From NCBI GenBank assembly GCA_016867265.1, contig VGJW01000015.1, forward strand, positions 1,056 to 65,055: 64,000 nucleotides of DNA. Reading direction: 5' to 3'. Numbering within the stretch: position 1 is the stretch's first letter; each line of letters begins with the position of its first letter. Below the pieces are notes generated by a model. It saw nothing but the letters and a program-made list of their open reading frames with translations, searched no databases and was not told the origin of the DNA. Source of the stretch: Candidatus Tanganyikabacteria bacterium. Its GTDB lineage: Bacteria; Cyanobacteriota; Sericytochromatia; S15B-MN24; VGJW01. The translations under genes and the position numbers were made by a program. Below are positions 1-8,904 of this stretch, one piece after another.

Positions 1-2
1 TG

Positions 3-701
3 GGCGTCTCGTGCTCGGCCGATCGCAACGTCAAGGCCAGAATTGATGCAGACGGCGTCTGGGTCGAGGACCTCGACCGGACGCCCGGACGCCTTCTGCC
101 GATGGCCGAGGCCGTCACGCCGCAACCCGTGGTGGCCATCGACCTGAACCAGGGCATGGATGCGGTCCGGGCGGAGCTCACCCGCCACCCGGTCGCCACG
201 GCACTGTCACTCTCGGGCACCATCGTCGTCGCCCGCGACATCGCGCATGCGAAGTTCAAGGAACTGCTGGATGCCGGTCAGCCCTTGCCCGACTACCTGC
301 TGCGCTACCCCGTCTATTACGCCGGTCCGGCCAAGACCCCGGAAGGCAAGCCATCCGGTTCATTCGGACCGACGACGGCCGGCCGTATGGACAGCTACGT
401 CGACCTGCTCCAACGCCACGGGGCCTCGCTGGTGATGATCGCCAAGGGCAACCGCAGCCCCCAGGTGACGGAGGCCTGCCAGCGGCATGGCGGCTTCTAC
501 CTGGGTTCCATCGGCGGCCCGGCGGCCATCCTGGCCGAGGAGAACATCCGCAGGGTCGAATGCCTGGACTATGCCGAACTGGGCATGGAAGCCGTCTGGA
601 AGATCGACGTGGTCGACTTCCCGGCCTACATCCTCATCGACGACAAGGGCCATGACTTCTTCCGGCAACTGCCGGGCAAGGCCGCCGCCACGGGGGCATG
701 A
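3..701 (+). CDS. fumA: class I fumarate hydratase (Fe-S hydro-lyase), C-terminal part; 5' end lies outside the window
   Basis: Frame is open from the window edge. The translation (...[22 protein letters not shown]...[24 protein letters not shown]...[11 protein letters not shown]...[15 protein letters not shown]...) matches the FumA/FumB C-terminal domain almost residue for residue. Confidence 0.85.
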   Translation, partial: GVSCSADRNVKARIDADGVWVEDLDRTPGRLLPMAEAVTPQPVVAIDLNQGMDAVRAELTRHPVATALSLSGTIVVARDIAHAKFKELLDAGQPLPDYLLRYPVYYAGPAKTPEGKPSGSFGPTTAGRMDSYVDLLQRHGASLVMIAKGNRSPQVTEACQRHGGFYLGSIGGPAAILAEENIRRVECLDYAELGMEAVWKIDVVDFPAYILIDDKGHDFFRQLPGKAAATGA

Positions 702-821
702 AGGCAGACTGTTAGCCCCCCGTGAAGAATACCGGCGAGCATGCCGGTTTTCGCAAGGTCCTGCGCGGCATCCCGGACGAATTCCGGGAACCCGCAAAGA
801 TGGCCCCGGAGGAGACAGCCC

Positions 822-1286
822 GTGCCCGACATTCAGATCCAGAACACCCTGCGGGCGCCTTGGCGTGCCCCCGCAAACCCCGATGTTCTCGACATGGTGG
901 TGGGACAGGCCTACGCCCCGGGCAAGGACCAGTACCTCGCCGCGCCCCGTCGAACCGGATCGGTAGCTGACAGGGGCACGGCTGGATTCCTGGGCGCGAT
1001 GGTCGGGGGCAGCATCGGCACCGGCGCCGCGCTGAAGTCACCCAAGTTGGTCGGCATCGGCATCGCGGCCGGGGCACTTTCCGGCGTCGCGGTATACCCC
1101 GCCCGTCGCGACTCGGTTCTGGGCCGCAACCCGCGCGCCGCTGTGGCTGGTGGCTGGCTTGGGGCCGGCGCCCTCGCGATAGGCGCGCTGCAGCTGGGCG
1201 TCGTGGCTGGACCGGCCATCGCCGCGGCCGGCTCCGTAGGTGCCGTTGCAGGAGCCTTGGGCTCGGCAAGGATCGCCGACCGTTAA
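822..1286 (+). CDS. hypothetical Gly/Ala-rich small membrane protein (glycine-zipper-like)
   Basis: GTG start at 822 preceded by GGAGGAG. The product is Gly/Ala-rich and hydrophobic (...GAMVGGSIGTGAAL...GIGIAAGALSGVAV...). The start is an inferred alternative to the ORF-track M at 741. Confidence 0.4.
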   Translation: MPDIQIQNTLRAPWRAPANPDVLDMVVGQAYAPGKDQYLAAPRRTGSVADRGTAGFLGAMVGGSIGTGAALKSPKLVGIGIAAGALSGVAVYPARRDSVLGRNPRAAVAGGWLGAGALAIGALQLGVVAGPAIAAAGSVGAVAGALGSARIADR

Positions 1287-1354
1287 GTCTTCATCAACCC
1301 TGACAGGGCACGGCCAACAGGCTTGGACAACCTTGTCAGAGGTGGCAACTTCCC

Positions 1355-2602
1355 GTGAGCGTCAAGAAGTCTTCTGGCAAGGCTCCAGCCGGTCGTCCGG
1401 CATCTTCGACCCGTCCGGCGGCCCCTGCGGCCAAGCGCCCCGGCACGGCCAAGCTCAAGCCGGTTCAGGACAGGCTGGATCTGCAGCGCGCGCAGGTGCG
1501 CCGTGACGCCGATGCCAGCTACCAGGACGCCAGGAAGAACGGCATCGGCGGGTCTGCCATCCGGTTCTGGGATGAGGCTGGCCGCAAGGCCAAGGCCGAC
1601 ACGGACAGCGGCCGCATCGCCAAGCCCTTGGGCCAGCTCAAGCAGGCCGGCGCCGGTGTCATGAAGTTCCTGGCGCAGATGTCGAACGTCGCCGAGCTCG
1701 AGGGCAGTGCCGCCAAGCTGGGCTACCTGTCCGGCTCCGGCGTCGCGACCCGCGGCGACCTGGCCAAGGCCTCGGCCGTGACGGCCCTCGATGCCGGACT
1801 CGCGGCCACCAACTTCATCGGTGTCGGCGGCATCGTCAAGGGCTCGGCGCGCCGCGCCGCTGCCCAGCAACTGATCCGGCAGGGCGAGGCGCGCTTCGGT
1901 GCCGCCGTCGCCAAGGACGCGGTCAAGGGCATGCTCAAGGCAAGGCCATCGGCCGCGGCCTCTGTCGCCGACGACCTGAAGCGCATCGTGGGCACCTTGC
2001 CCGATCAGGGCAAGCTTGGGGCGAAGGAGGCCGAAGCCTTCCTCGGCAAGCTCCAGCCGTTCGCTGCCCGCTACGGGATGGATTTCCAGTTCGGCAAGAG
2101 CATGTTGCCCGAGGTCCACGCCAGCGCAACCAAGGTGTCCATCAAGACCATGGGCGGCGGTACCGACTGGCACGAATATGTCCATGTGGTCCAGACGCTG
2201 CAGAACCGCGCCACGGCGCTGGCCTCGCAGGCCGAACGCCTCGGCAAGCCCATCGCCAAGCTGACGGGCAAGGAGGTGGATGAAGCGTTCACCTTCACGG
2301 CCAAGACCTTCGAGAACCAGGCTTACCGGCACTTCGAGGAAGGTGCCGTCAAGGCGACGGGATTCATGGCGGGGGCCTTGCGTCCCGACCACTGGAAGAA
2401 GGTCGTCGGCTCGTCGATCGACGCGCAGGCCAAGGCGCTCGTGGATGGGGTGATGCCCAATTTCCGGGTTGGCCTGGGGGGCAAGCTTTATGGCGACATG
2501 ACGGCTCTGGGCCAGAGCCAGGCCGAGATCCTGATGAACTTCGGTGCGCCAGCCACGAGCGTGGTCAACCACGTGGCCAGCAGCGGCCTCGGCAAGCGCT
2601 GA
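1355..2602 (+). CDS. hypothetical protein (415 aa), no recognisable domain
   Basis: Long ORF with GC-rich third positions and an SD-like GAGGTGG upstream of the GTG start. The overlapping minus-strand ORF 1283..2572 is judged an antisense shadow. Confidence 0.55.
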   Translation: MSVKKSSGKAPAGRPASSTRPAAPAAKRPGTAKLKPVQDRLDLQRAQVRRDADASYQDARKNGIGGSAIRFWDEAGRKAKADTDSGRIAKPLGQLKQAGAGVMKFLAQMSNVAELEGSAAKLGYLSGSGVATRGDLAKASAVTALDAGLAATNFIGVGGIVKGSARRAAAQQLIRQGEARFGAAVAKDAVKGMLKARPSAAASVADDLKRIVGTLPDQGKLGAKEAEAFLGKLQPFAARYGMDFQFGKSMLPEVHASATKVSIKTMGGGTDWHEYVHVVQTLQNRATALASQAERLGKPIAKLTGKEVDEAFTFTAKTFENQAYRHFEEGAVKATGFMAGALRPDHWKKVVGSSIDAQAKALVDGVMPNFRVGLGGKLYGDMTALGQSQAEILMNFGAPATSVVNHVASSGLGKR

Positions 2603-2603
2603 A

Positions 2604-2658
2604 GGCCCCCAGGCGAAACGACCGCCGGCTGGTCCGGCGGTCGTTTCGCCTGGGGGCC
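2604..2658. terminator. perfect 25-bp inverted repeat with 5-nt loop between convergent genes (putative bidirectional, U-tract-less terminator)
   Basis: ggcccccaggcgaaacgaccgccgg-ctggt-ccggcggtcgtttcgcctgggggcc begins 2 nt after the stop at 2602. There is no T-tract on either side. Confidence 0.5.
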
Positions 2659-2858
2659 ACAGGCCTCGCGATCACGGGCGCGCGTCGCCGACGCACGGGT
2701 CATCCCGTGCCCGCTACCCGGCGCCGGGAAGCTTGCCAACGGCAGCCGTCGCCACGGTAGCTTGCAGAAAACCCACGGCTGCACCAGCGCCCGGCTGCCG
2801 GTCCCAAGACAAGGATGCGGCCCGACCATCTGGGTCGGACCGCATCCCGGACCAGGCC

Positions 2859-3710
2859 TCAGTACCCCTTGTAGGCGCCGCCCCGCGCCATGCTGCGGAT
2901 GCCCGGCACGTTCTCGAGCGAACCGTAGCGGTTGAGGGCGTAGCGAACACCCGCGACGATGTTGTGGACTGGATTCAAGATCTGGTCCATGCCGGGCAGC
3001 TTCCATCGTTCGAAGGTCGGCCGGATCGTCTGCATGAGGCCCATCGAGGGCGTACCCTTGCGCGCGTTCGAATCCCAGTTGTTGACAGCCCTGGGATTGC
3101 CGCCCGACTCGTGCCGGATGATGGTCGCGATGGCCGACTCGCTCAGCTTCTCCACCGACACGCCGGCGCGGACCAGAATGTCCTTGGCCTGCGCAATCCA
3201 CTCCTTGACCGTCCCCGATACCTTGCCCAGCACGGACGCATCGACCGCTCCGCCGGTTGCGGCGCGCGCACTGCCGGGAATCTCCTCGAATGCCGGATCG
3301 ACCTTCAGGCCCGCGGCCGCGGACTTGCCCATCTTCTTCTCATAGGCTGCCATCGCGGCACGGGTGAGGGGACCCTTCAGGCCGTCGATGGGGCCGGGAT
3401 CGATGCCCGCGGCCTTCATCCGCTGCTGCATCGCCTTGACATCCTCGCTGTAGCCATCGACGTGGCTATGGGGCACGGCGCCGCCACGGGCCACCTTGGC
3501 CACCGGAGCCGCTTCTTCGAGCTTCATCTTCGAGGCGACGCCCGACTCGGCCGCGCGTCCCGCAACCTGGTCGCGGCCAGTCTGCAAGGTGGCAGAAGCG
3601 GTCGCACTGCCGGGCGCCGCGGGACGCCGCAGGGGCAAGGTACCCAAGCGAGGATCGGTCGCCACGCGCGTCGCCTTGAGTTGGTTCGTGCCGCCCACTG
3701 CCATTGCCAC
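2859..3710 (-). CDS. lytic transglycosylase (SLT domain) with N-terminal peptidoglycan-binding domain
   Basis: The SLT catalytic motif region (...IIRHESGGNPRAVNNWDSNA...GLMQTIRPTFERW...) plus a PG_binding_1-like segment (DGYSEDVKAMQQRMKAAGIDPGPIDGLKGPLTRAAMAAYEKK). The N-terminal start is uncertain. Confidence 0.8.
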   Translation of the reverse strand: MAMAVGGTNQLKATRVATDPRLGTLPLRRPAAPGSATASATLQTGRDQVAGRAAESGVASKMKLEEAAPVAKVARGGAVPHSHVDGYSEDVKAMQQRMKAAGIDPGPIDGLKGPLTRAAMAAYEKKMGKSAAAGLKVDPAFEEIPGSARAATGGAVDASVLGKVSGTVKEWIAQAKDILVRAGVSVEKLSESAIATIIRHESGGNPRAVNNWDSNARKGTPSMGLMQTIRPTFERWKLPGMDQILNPVHNIVAGVRYALNRYGSLENVPGIRSMARGGAYKGY

Positions 3711-3814
3711 GTCCCCCCTGCCGGCCGAGCGTCCGACCGTTCCACATCTGGTTCATCGGGCAGGGCGGCTGTTGCAAAGCTAGCTTTAATGGACGCGCAA
3801 CATTTGCAACGATT

Positions 3815-4390
3815 TCAACGCGGCAGCACACCCGGGAAGACCAGATCCACCAACGTCTCGTGCGTCCGCTGGGCCGCATCGAAGCCGGCCAGATGCTCAT
3901 AGCGGGTCAGGACCTCGAGGGCTTCCGCCCTGTCCTCGGTGTCGGTGGCCTCGAACTCGACGCAATGGACCTCGCGTCCGCCGCCGCGTGCGATGTAATG
4001 GACCACCTCGCAGTCGGGGAAGACCCAGACGCGGATGGTCTTGGTCAACGTGCCCGACCAGACAAGGCCCATATGGGCCACGAAGGCCTCGACGGTCGCC
4101 GCCTGATCCCCGGCGTGGTGGCCGAGGTCGAGGTTGATCTCGGCGCGAACTTCAGGATCATCCCCGAACGACTTGAGCGTCAGGTGATGCAATTCCTCGT
4201 CGAACCGATGCCTCAGAATGTAGCGCCGCGCCTGCCCGTCGGCCGTCAGGAAGTAACGGTCGGAGACCTCGAGGGCGATATGCCGGACGGGCCCGAGTCC
4301 TTCCATGCGCGCCGCGAGGGCCGGGTAGTCATAGGCACTGCCCACGACGAACTTGTGCTCGATCTCAACCGTCCGTGTCACAGCCACCAT
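3815..4390 (-). CDS. CYTH-domain protein (CyaB/thiamine-triphosphatase-like triphosphate tunnel metalloenzyme)
   Basis: An N-terminal EIEHKF (ExExK) CYTH signature. The ATG at 4390 has GGGGGAG 6 nt upstream and lies 9 nt downstream of the PLD stop. Confidence 0.75.
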   Translation of the reverse strand: MVAVTRTVEIEHKFVVGSAYDYPALAARMEGLGPVRHIALEVSDRYFLTADGQARRYILRHRFDEELHHLTLKSFGDDPEVRAEINLDLGHHAGDQAATVEAFVAHMGLVWSGTLTKTIRVWVFPDCEVVHYIARGGGREVHCVEFEATDTEDRAEALEVLTRYEHLAGFDAAQRTHETLVDLVFPGVLPR

Positions 4391-5529
4391 CGGAATCTCC
4401 CCCACCGCCGGATACGCTTCGCGAGTGGCCCGGGCCACGCGGCCAGGGTCTCCTTCGTGACCTCCTGGCGATCAGACATCGCCCGCAGCTCGTCGAAGAC
4501 CGAAAGTGCAGGTCCCACGGCACGCGCATCCCTGGAGACCAGCATGGCCTCGGCAAGGCGGTCGTGCGCCGGCTCCTCGAAATTGTAGCTGCCGAAGGCC
4601 GCCCAGGCGCGGTCGACCACGCAGATCTTCGAATGCTCGCCCGAAGGATGTTCGTGGATCCGCACGCCCGCCTCGAGCAACTGCGGATAGCGGACGGCCG
4701 CCGCCACCCAGGCAAGGTCCGTGGCCGAGAGGGACTGGCGATGGGAATGGTGGACCTCGACGTGGACGCCGCGGCGCGCCGCACGCAGGATGGCCGCCTC
4801 CAGCACGGGGGCCGGCTTGAAGTAGAACGAGCTAATCAGCAGTTCATGCTCCGCTGCTTCCACCATGGCCACCATGCGATCCGTGAGGGCATTTGTCCCT
4901 TGCCACAGCCACGGCCCGGCAGGTCCCTGATGCAGGTTGGGGTTGCAGAAACCGTAGGCCATGTCGATATCGCCGGGTGTCTCCCGGGCAAGCACGGCCA
5001 GGTGCAGGCTGTCACCGGGGTCCAGCACGCCACCAATCTTCTCCCAACTGGCCATGATGTCCGGAACCACCGCACCCGAGACGGCCACGGCATATTCCCG
5101 CCAATGGGAGAATGAGGTCCGCGTCAGGTTGCCGCTGGTCAAGATCAGGTTGCCTGCTTCCGAGACTTGGATCTTGACGTGCTGGCCTCCGCCGACCCGG
5201 CGCTGCAGCCATCGGGGCGGGTGGTAATGGGTCACCCTGCCACCCGCCCGACTCAGGGCATCGAGCGCACGTTCCAGCTCCGCGCGCTGATGCGGGGACA
5301 TCAGCGTGCCCCCGAGACGCTGGCCGAAACGGTCGATCAGCAGCGAAACCCGGACCCCCCGGCCCTGTGCGGCCAGCAGAAGGTCGAGCAACTCCGCCCC
5401 GTAGTCGTCGTAGTCCAGATAAAACGTCGAAAGGTAGATGAAGCGCTCGGCATCCCGGAGCATGGCACAGCGCATCGACCAGTCCGCTTGCCTGTCCCTA
5501 AGGGGCACGAAGTGCCGGGCCCAGGTCAT
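4378..5529 (-). CDS. cytoplasmic phospholipase D superfamily protein (two HKD motifs)
   Basis: Two HxK(x)4D motifs (HVKIQVSEAGNLILTSGN, HSKICVVDRAWAAFGSYN) and no signal peptide. Its ATG overlaps the upstream SDR stop (ATGA). Confidence 0.8.
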   Translation of the reverse strand: MTWARHFVPLRDRQADWSMRCAMLRDAERFIYLSTFYLDYDDYGAELLDLLLAAQGRGVRVSLLIDRFGQRLGGTLMSPHQRAELERALDALSRAGGRVTHYHPPRWLQRRVGGGQHVKIQVSEAGNLILTSGNLTRTSFSHWREYAVAVSGAVVPDIMASWEKIGGVLDPGDSLHLAVLARETPGDIDMAYGFCNPNLHQGPAGPWLWQGTNALTDRMVAMVEAAEHELLISSFYFKPAPVLEAAILRAARRGVHVEVHHSHRQSLSATDLAWVAAAVRYPQLLEAGVRIHEHPSGEHSKICVVDRAWAAFGSYNFEEPAHDRLAEAMLVSRDARAVGPALSVFDELRAMSDRQEVTKETLAAWPGPLAKRIRRWGRFRWWL

Positions 5530-6275
5530 CCGAGGCGATAGCCCCCGGCGACATCAAGGTTGACGCCCGTGACGTAGGGAGCATCCAGGAGGTACGCAAC
5601 GGCACCTTCCATGTCGGCCATGGTTCCGGCCCGACCAATCGGGATCTCGCGCTTCAGTTGTTCCGGGCCGGGCAAATCGACCGAATTGTCCAACTGGCCA
5701 GGGGAAACCATGTTGACCCGGATGCCCCGCGGCCCGCAGGCCAACGCGAGTGATCGCGTCAGGGAAAGCAGGCCGGTCTTGCTGACGTAGTAGTCCACGG
5801 CCAATCGGCTGGCGCGCGTCCCCTCGAGGCCCGCCATGCCGATGTTCACGATGGAGCCTCCGTCCGGCATCAGGCGCAGGGCATGGTAGGCCGCATAGTA
5901 GGCACCCGAGAGATTTGCGCCCAGCGTGGCATCCCAGGCCTCGGGATCCAAGGCCTGGATCGGCTGGGGATTGTAGTTGCCCACGTTGTTGATGAGCACA
6001 TCCACACGGCCCTCGACGCCAGCCACTTCGGCAAATGCCCGGGCAACGGCGTCCCTGTCCGCGATATCGAGGGCAAGCGCCCGAATATGGCCACCAAGGG
6101 CCTTCACCTCGGCCTCGAGCGAGGCCACGTCGGCACGAGAGGATCGATACAGGCAAACGAGCCTGTAGCCACGGCGGACCAGCATCAGGCCGAGATGCCG
6201 CCCGAGGCGCCGCGCCCCCCCTGTCACGACGGCGACAGGCGCCACCGCCCCTGCCTGGCCATGCTCGGCCGTCAC
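5526..6275 (-). CDS. short-chain dehydrogenase, FolM/PTR1-like pteridine reductase family
   Basis: The N-terminal VVTGGARRLG corresponds to the TGGxRRxG cofactor motif typical of FolM/PTR1 rather than classical TGxxxGxG. It also has SDR catalytic Y...K and NNVG. The GTG start at 6275 overlaps the folB-like stop (GTGA). Confidence 0.7.
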   Translation of the reverse strand: MTAEHGQAGAVAPVAVVTGGARRLGRHLGLMLVRRGYRLVCLYRSSRADVASLEAEVKALGGHIRALALDIADRDAVARAFAEVAGVEGRVDVLINNVGNYNPQPIQALDPEAWDATLGANLSGAYYAAYHALRLMPDGGSIVNIGMAGLEGTRASRLAVDYYVSKTGLLSLTRSLALACGPRGIRVNMVSPGQLDNSVDLPGPEQLKREIPIGRAGTMADMEGAVAYLLDAPYVTGVNLDVAGGYRLG

Positions 6276-6631
6276 GCGCGCTGCCGCTCGATCCGCACGA
6301 AGGAACATGCAGCCGCAGGAACGGCCGCCGGCTTCTCGATGCGGAGACGCACCGCCGAGACGGTCGGGAAGGCCTCGAAAAGCATCCGCACACCTGCCTC
6401 GGCCATCGCTTCCAACAGCTGGAAACGCCGCTCCTGCAGGAGGGCCGTCAGCCGAGAGGCAACGCCGTCATAGTCGAGCGCATCGTCGATCGCATCGGAG
6501 CCTGCCGCGGCGGCGAAGTCGTTGTCCAACTCGACATCCAGGTAGACCGTCTGCTCCGCGGCCCGCTCGTGGGGGTAGATGCCCACGATGCAGTCCACGC
6601 GCAGCTGCCTGAGACCTGTCGTACCCGTCAT
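6272..6631 (-). CDS. dihydroneopterin aldolase family protein (FolB or FolX-like epimerase)
   Basis: A 119-aa product (LRVDCIVGIYPHERAAEQTVYLDVEL...) fits the FolB/FolX fold family. Its ATG overlaps the methyltransferase stop (ATGA). Confidence 0.75.
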   Translation of the reverse strand: MTGTTGLRQLRVDCIVGIYPHERAAEQTVYLDVELDNDFAAAAGSDAIDDALDYDGVASRLTALLQERRFQLLEAMAEAGVRMLFEAFPTVSAVRLRIEKPAAVPAAACSFVRIERQRA

Positions 6632-7407
6632 GATTGCCCCTCCTTGCGCACCAGCCAGACCTGCTCCTCGGCCGACCCAAGGTCGAAGGGCGTCCGGTGG
6701 AAATCCCCCCAGCATCCCTCGATGACGAAACCCGCTTCGCGCAACAGGGCTTCGGCCTGCTCGGGCCGCTGCCACGAGAAGGTCAGCGGCCGGTACTGGC
6801 GGCGGAGCAACACCCCTTCGGAGTCGAGCGTGTCTTCCCACGTCACGGCTTCGATGCGCTGGGCGGCTTCATCCACGATGGACGTGACCCAGAAGAGCGT
6901 GTCCTGGCCGGCAGCATTGCGATAGCGCGCACGCAGCTGGACCTCGCGCATGCGATCGATGACGCTCGGCGTGATGATGAAGTCGTCAAAGAGGAAATGC
7001 CCCCCGGGACGCAGTTGGCTGTGGATCTGGCGCAGCGCCGCCAGCTTGGTGGCACGGTCAAGCAGGTGGGGCATCGTGTGGTACGGCATCGTGACGAGTG
7101 CGGCCGGCTCGGGCAACGTGAACGTGGTGAAGTCCGCATGAATCAGGACGAGGCGATCCAGGACACCGGCATCCGCCGCCCGAGACCGACAAACGTTCAG
7201 CATCGCCCCGGAACCCTCGACGCCGTGCATGGTCCGGCCGGCACGCGCCGCCTCGATGACGAGACGGCCATCTCCCACGCCCATCTCCACGACCGGACCC
7301 TCGGGCGCATGCGCATAGGCCTCGAGGTAAAAGGCCCGGTTCGCTGTCGTGGACTCCGCCGTCGCGGCCCAGACCCCGAAGACGCCGGCAAAGCGGTCGT
7401 ATTCCAT
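6628..7407 (-). CDS. class I SAM-dependent methyltransferase
   Basis: Rossmann motif I (VVEMGVGDGRLVIEAA) and a typical class I MTase layout. The start is the internal ATG (MEYDRF...) at 7407. Confidence 0.75.
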   Translation of the reverse strand: MEYDRFAGVFGVWAATAESTTANRAFYLEAYAHAPEGPVVEMGVGDGRLVIEAARAGRTMHGVEGSGAMLNVCRSRAADAGVLDRLVLIHADFTTFTLPEPAALVTMPYHTMPHLLDRATKLAALRQIHSQLRPGGHFLFDDFIITPSVIDRMREVQLRARYRNAAGQDTLFWVTSIVDEAAQRIEAVTWEDTLDSEGVLLRRQYRPLTFSWQRPEQAEALLREAGFVIEGCWGDFHRTPFDLGSAEEQVWLVRKEGQS

Positions 7408-7535
7408 CCGGTCATTATTGCAGATGCCGGGGCAAGTCCTGCCGCGGTGAACATGTGGTGACCGGGCTGCGGGATGAATCGGGTGTCTGGCGAACCTGCC
7501 CGGAGATAAGGCAGGCCTCACTAAGGAGGTTCCCC

Positions 7536-7655
7536 GTGGCCCCGATTGGCACCCTCGCGTCCTTGCACGCCCGGCTCGAGTTGGCTGGCTTGCTGACCGG
7601 TCCGAAGCACGCCCCCTGGCTCACGCCATCACCTGCGACGGCGCGCCAGGCCTGA
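7536..7655 (+). CDS. possible small ORF (39 aa) with a strong SD
   Basis: AAGGAGG sits 5 nt upstream of the GTG at 7536, in the promoter region between the divergent methyltransferase operon and convergent rocD. Speculative. Confidence 0.2.
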   Translation: MAPIGTLASLHARLELAGLLTGPKHAPWLTPSPATARQA

Positions 7656-7683
7656 GGCTGTCAGCAGGCCCGACCGCCGGTCT

Positions 7684-8898
7684 TCAGGCCGCTGCCAACA
7701 CCGCCGCGAACTGCTCGAGGCCCCAGAGCAGATCCGTATCCTCGATGACAAGTGGCGGTGCAAAGCGAATGACGGTCTCGTGGGCGTCCTTGCACAACAA
7801 GCCGCGGGCCGCCAGAGACTCGATGAAAGGTCGGGCCGGCCGATCGAGCTCAATACCGATCATCAAGCCCTTGCCGCGGACCTCGACGACCCGCGGACTC
7901 TCCAGAGCCCGGAGCCGGGCCATGGCCAAGGCCCCGAGGGCAGCCGAGCGTTCGGCCAACCTTTCGTCGACAAGGACATCGAGTGCGGCCATCGCCACGG
8001 CACACGCCAGCGGATTGCCCCCGAAGGTGCTGCCGTGATCCCCGGGACGGAAGACGGACATGACATCGCGGCGCCCCACGACGGCTGAAACAGGATAGAC
8101 ACCACCAGAGAGGGCCTTGCCCAGGATCAGGACATCGGGCTTCACGTCCTCGTGATCCACGGCCAGGAAACGGCCGGTCCGGCCCAGGCCCGTCTGGATC
8201 TCGTCCGCCATGACCAGGACGTCGTTCGCCCTGCAAAGCGCCGCGGCCTCTCGCAGATAGCCTTCCGGCGGCACGATGATGCCGGCCTCGCCCTGGATGG
8301 GCTCGACCAGAAAGGCACAGGTCCGCGGGCCGATCGCCGCCTCGAGGGCCGCGATGTCGCCATAGGGCACGATCCGGAAGCCCGGGGTGAATGGACCAAA
8401 ACCTCCGCGGTACTGGGGTTCGGTCGAAAAGCTGACGACTGTCGTCGTCCGGCCATGGAAATTGTTCGTGCAGCAGATGACCTCGGCCTCGCCATCCGGG
8501 ATGCCCTTGACCAGATATCCCCACTTGCGTGCCGCCTTGACGGCCGTCTCCACGGCCTCGGCGCCGCTGTTCATGGGCAAGGCGACATCCAGATTGGTCA
8601 ACTCCGTCAGCTTCCTGTAGAAGAGGCCCAGTTGATCGTTGCGGAACGCGCGGCTGGTGAGCGTCATCCGTGCGGCCTGGGTCACCAGGGCCTCGATGAT
8701 GCGGGGATGGGCATGACCCTGGTTCAGGGCCGAATAGGCCGACAACCCGTCGAGGTAACGCTTTCCGTCGACATCGGTGACCCAGGCACCCCTGCCCTCA
8801 CGCAGGACCACATCCAGCGGATGGTAGTTATGCGCCCCGTGCTCCTCCTCGAGGGCGATCAGGGAAGCTGCGGCCGACTGCTCATCAACGTGCAACAT
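7684..8898 (-). CDS. rocD: ornithine aminotransferase (class III PLP aminotransferase)
   Basis: Strong similarity to OAT/RocD throughout (IALEEEHGAHNYHPLDVV...LSAYSALNQGHAHP...TLTSRAF...) plus the PLP-lysine region. Confidence 0.85.
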   Translation of the reverse strand: MLHVDEQSAAASLIALEEEHGAHNYHPLDVVLREGRGAWVTDVDGKRYLDGLSAYSALNQGHAHPRIIEALVTQAARMTLTSRAFRNDQLGLFYRKLTELTNLDVALPMNSGAEAVETAVKAARKWGYLVKGIPDGEAEVICCTNNFHGRTTTVVSFSTEPQYRGGFGPFTPGFRIVPYGDIAALEAAIGPRTCAFLVEPIQGEAGIIVPPEGYLREAAALCRANDVLVMADEIQTGLGRTGRFLAVDHEDVKPDVLILGKALSGGVYPVSAVVGRRDVMSVFRPGDHGSTFGGNPLACAVAMAALDVLVDERLAERSAALGALAMARLRALESPRVVEVRGKGLMIGIELDRPARPFIESLAARGLLCKDAHETVIRFAPPLVIEDTDLLWGLEQFAAVLAAA

Positions 8899-8904
8899 AG
8901 ACCT

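Noticed and set aside
2544-3902. 452-aa plus-strand ORF overlapping the SLT gene, and the 3704-4588 plus-strand ORF overlapping CYTH.
   Set aside because: The minus-strand partners carry clear SLT and CYTH motifs. The plus-strand ORFs are Arg-rich shadows.
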